Of a DNA stretch of 39,191 nt, positions 36,337 to 39,191 are shown one piece after another (the stretch's first letter is position 1; each line of letters begins with the position of its first letter). The translations under genes were made by a program, and so were the position numbers. Source of the stretch: Octopus bimaculoides (Eukaryota); assembly GCF_001194135.2 (NCBI RefSeq), contig NC_068986.1, forward strand, positions 107,200,448-107,239,638. The letters are read 5' to 3'. The notes below the pieces were generated by a model that ran no database searches, had not been told where the DNA came from, and worked only from the letters and a program-made list of their open reading frames with translations.

Positions 36337-36693
36337 GTAAGTATTCTTAATTTTTATAAATGTATACTTATCGTTCCCCCACGCACACACAGACGCATAG
36401 TCTTTCGTTGTAATATATCTATCCATCCTCTAGAGGTGTAAACAAATTTTAGATTTATTACAACGTATATTTAACATTAAAATAGCATTCTCCAATTTAT
36501 ACTCTCAACCAGCATTGAGATGAAAAAGTTAATATGCAGTCTATACTCTTTGTGCCAAAAACCCTAAATGTTAAATTGTACTTCAATTTTTAATCCATCC
36601 GAAGAAAACGGTTTTTTTACATGATGAAATTGATTTGTTCATCAATAAAAGACACGTCTGAAACAGCTATAGTGAACCTCGGCCTATTTATTT

Positions 36694-36729
<36 letters not shown>

Positions 36730-36733
<4 letters not shown>

Positions 36734-37956
36734 GGTTGCGAGGGGTATTTGAGGACATTTCGTTTTCAGTTCATTACACCTTCAAATTTAATGTATCGTT
36801 TGTTTTTACAGATAACCTTTTCAAGATATCATCCTAACTCGAGAAATGCAAAGACATGCAGTCATAGTTGCTATATATGCAGACCACAGTGATTTAGAAA
36901 TTAGCAACTCTCTAAATGTTGCAAGATCATTTTTACACAAAGTTCGGTTGGAATTAGAGTTATGTGATGGTAATGTTTGACCTGTATCATAGAGAAATTA
37001 GCATTCACAACGTTCAGACACTAAAATGACACCGGAGTTTATACATGTTCTAAAAATTATCAATGAAAACCCCAGAAGATCAATGAGGTCCATTGCTAAA
37101 GAACTTCGGATCTCAGAGTCGACTATCAGAACTGTGTACATGGTGACATTCGATACTACAAGTGCTATGTAATGAGAAAAGGCCAGTTCGGGTCTGCAAA
37201 GACACAGGAAAACCATCTCATCCTTTCAAAACGGGTACTTAACAAAGTGAAAAACCGTTATGACAAGGCATGCTTTGGTTTTTCTCTGACGTAAAAAACT
37301 TCGACCAGGATCAAAAGTTTAACAGAAGAAATGTCAGATACTCATGTACAGATCCTACTGAATTAACCAGAGCGATGCACGCGAAATTTCCAGCAACTGT
37401 GATGGTTTTAGGAGTGGTGAGTAGCGAAGGTCATGAGATGCCTCTCCACTTTTTTCCACAAGGTCTCAGAATTAATGCTGCTGGATACATTGAGGTACTG
37501 GAAACTGTTATCAAGCCCTGGATTGCTGAAGTATGCAATAGAAGGCCATACGTGTTTCAACAAGATTCAGCACCTCCTCACAAAGCCCTACGATTGTGTA
37601 ACATCTTATATGTGGCCTCCAAGTTTGCCAGATTTGATCTCCATGGATTACTGAGAGTGGAGCGCTTTTTAAAGGGAGACTACTCGTCATCCTCATAATA
37701 CCATAGCTTCACTGAAGGCCGCCATTGTCCAGGTGACATCCGAAGCGAAGGACGATATAATGTCAGCAAGCCAGCGGTTTCGATTCCGCATCGAAGCAGT
37801 CATCGAAGCCGAAAGTAGTTTCATAGAATAATTTGCTTAGAAAATAATTATCAAGACGAATTGCACAAATGTTTATTCAAATACATATTTATTTATACTG
37901 AAATATAGTTGTTTTATTGTATACCAAAACTGTCCTCAACTACCCCTCACACCCTG
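36730..37956 (+). mobile_element. maT/DD37D-like Tc1-mariner element, both TIRs, dead transposase
   Basis: TIRs cagaggttgcgaggggtatttgaggaca and tgtcctcaactacccctcacaccctg. Motifs WFFSDV, FQQDSAP, WPPSLPDL. Stops and a deletion prevent counting D spacing. Confidence 0.88.
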
Positions 37957-38004
37957 CATATACAGTATGTGTGTATGTGTGTGTGTTTGTGTGTAGTTCA
38001 AATT

Positions 38005-38352
38005 TAGAGAAAACATGAGACGGAGATAGGGGAGGGCGCAACAAGCAGGTGTATTAGTTTAACGCTCGAAAAGAATGGAAAAGTCTTTGATGTTTCGATC
38101 CTACGTTCTTCGACAGAAATGGATGAGAGGTAAAAATGAAGAAAGAAAAAACGGAGAGTAATTCCGTCGGCTACGACTACCTGTGCTGCAGTTGATTTCA
38201 TCAACAGAACGGACCGCTTCTGAAATTAACATGCAAAATACTGAGCCCTCCACAGGCACGCGTACCCATAACGTTATCGTAAGAGAGATACGACGTGACA
38301 CACAGAATATGACAAGGCTGGCCCTTTGAATTAGAGCTACAACTCATTTTGT
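38005..38352 (-). mobile_element. 5'-truncated relative of the 6244 SINE with an extended hammerhead-bearing tail
   Basis: 38160-38352 aligns to 6250-6440, then continues into a tail containing CTGTCGA...GAAAC. Confidence 0.65.
38086..38119 (-). ncRNA. Degenerate minimal hammerhead-like motif
   Basis: ttt-CTGTCGA-a-gaac-gtag-gatc-GAA-ACAT-c-aaa. Core variant at position 6 and mismatches in helices II and III. Confidence 0.35.
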
Positions 38353-38443
38353 ATGCTTGCTTCTATCTTCAAAAACTCCCGTTGCCAAAACTGTTGGCCG
38401 TGCCGAATATTTAGCGTTCACAAATCTGCGCTCAATCATGTAA

Positions 38444-38474
<31 letters not shown>

Positions 38475-38479
38475 CTCAG

Positions 38480-38500
38480 AAACAGGTGTCAACTACCGAG
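38480..38500 (+). CDS. Candidate 21-nt micro-exon, phase 1-1
   Basis: (CT)n-cctcag acceptor and GAG|gtaaac donor. Frame-compatible with 36336 and 38598, but could be chance. Confidence 0.2.
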
Positions 38501-38597
38501 GTAAACATTGGAACATTTGATATATCATACGCTTTCCCTCATTTTCTGTAATGTTTTGTGACAAGAGTTCAGTTGTTCGGCAACTTCTCTTTTACAG

Positions 38598-38764
38598 TGA
38601 ATTATTTAAACTACACCTCGACGATTCGTCTTAATGGTCGCAGTTCACAGACAACATTCGCGAGGTTTGTTTTCAATGTTGGTGTCTCTTCTTTAAACGA
38701 CTCCATCCTATTCTCTTTTGGTTGGAAAACCAGTTCTCTTTGGATTGAGAAATTCGAAAAGTAA
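38598..38764 (+). CDS. Candidate downstream terminal exon
   Basis: Acceptor cttctcttttacag, open 55 codons in phase 1 to TAA. No Cys and no homology support. Confidence 0.25.
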
Positions 38765-38781
38765 AACCAGTGAAGCAATTG

Positions 38782-38841
<60 letters not shown>

Positions 38842-39072
38842 CGTGTGCGTGCGTGTGTGTACACAGGTGTGAGTGTATGTCTTTATATTGAATATGACAC
38901 ATAGAAATCTATTTCAATTTAGAACTACTGCATATAACAGATATACGTATCTGTATATATACATAGATACATATATACGCGCTCACAAAAACACACATAT
39001 ATATATATATATATACATATATATTTATATAAGGGCATTACTATACAATAACGCCTCACGCCATGAGGGACG

Positions 39073-39189
39073 CTAAGGTCAGACTACTATAAAAAGCACA
39101 TTTTTAGTCCGTTTTTAAGGGGTTGGCTTTGAGAGTTGCATTTCCTCGCATTCGGTAAAAATGTGCTTTTTATAGTAGTCTGACCTTAG
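39073..39189. mobile_element. Small MITE-like hairpin with 34-bp perfect inverted repeats
   Basis: 39073-39106 is the exact reverse complement of 39156-39189. 49-bp spacer, TA near both ends. Confidence 0.85.
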
Positions 39190-39191
39190 AG

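Noticed and set aside
37270-37698. 142-aa ORF as an active or domesticated transposase
   Set aside because: FSDE changed to FSDV, upstream stops, and a frameshift or deletion before the third Asp.

Overview
Eukaryotic, AT-rich, microsatellite-dense DNA with about 4.7 kb of N gaps, most flanked by (TA)n. From memory the repeat families match Octopus/coleoid cephalopod genomes; I could not verify this by search. Most of the window is transposon debris: several tRNA-headed SINE families, RTE, Tx1 and R4/Dong LINE fragments, a Penelope GIY-YIG fragment, mariner and maT-type relics, and fold-back/MITE elements. The main result is largely invisible in the ORF track because the exons are short. There is a divergently oriented pair of paralogous spliced genes for small secreted cysteine-rich proteins. 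Gene A (minus strand; exons 11669-11646, 7169-7079, 5404-5282, 1622-1555) gives a complete 101-aa precursor with 8 Cys. Gene B (plus strand; 22252-22315 UTR, 23526-23604, 25312-25434, probably 36205-36336) shares an identical-length 123-nt phase 1-1 exon with the same Cys framework but only 14/40 identical residues, while the intron edges stay nearly identical. A second theme is three minimal Penelope-type hammerhead-like motifs, two inside SINE-like repeats, plus long inverted repeats in the introns of both genes. No CRISPR, rRNA or authentic tRNA genes were seen.
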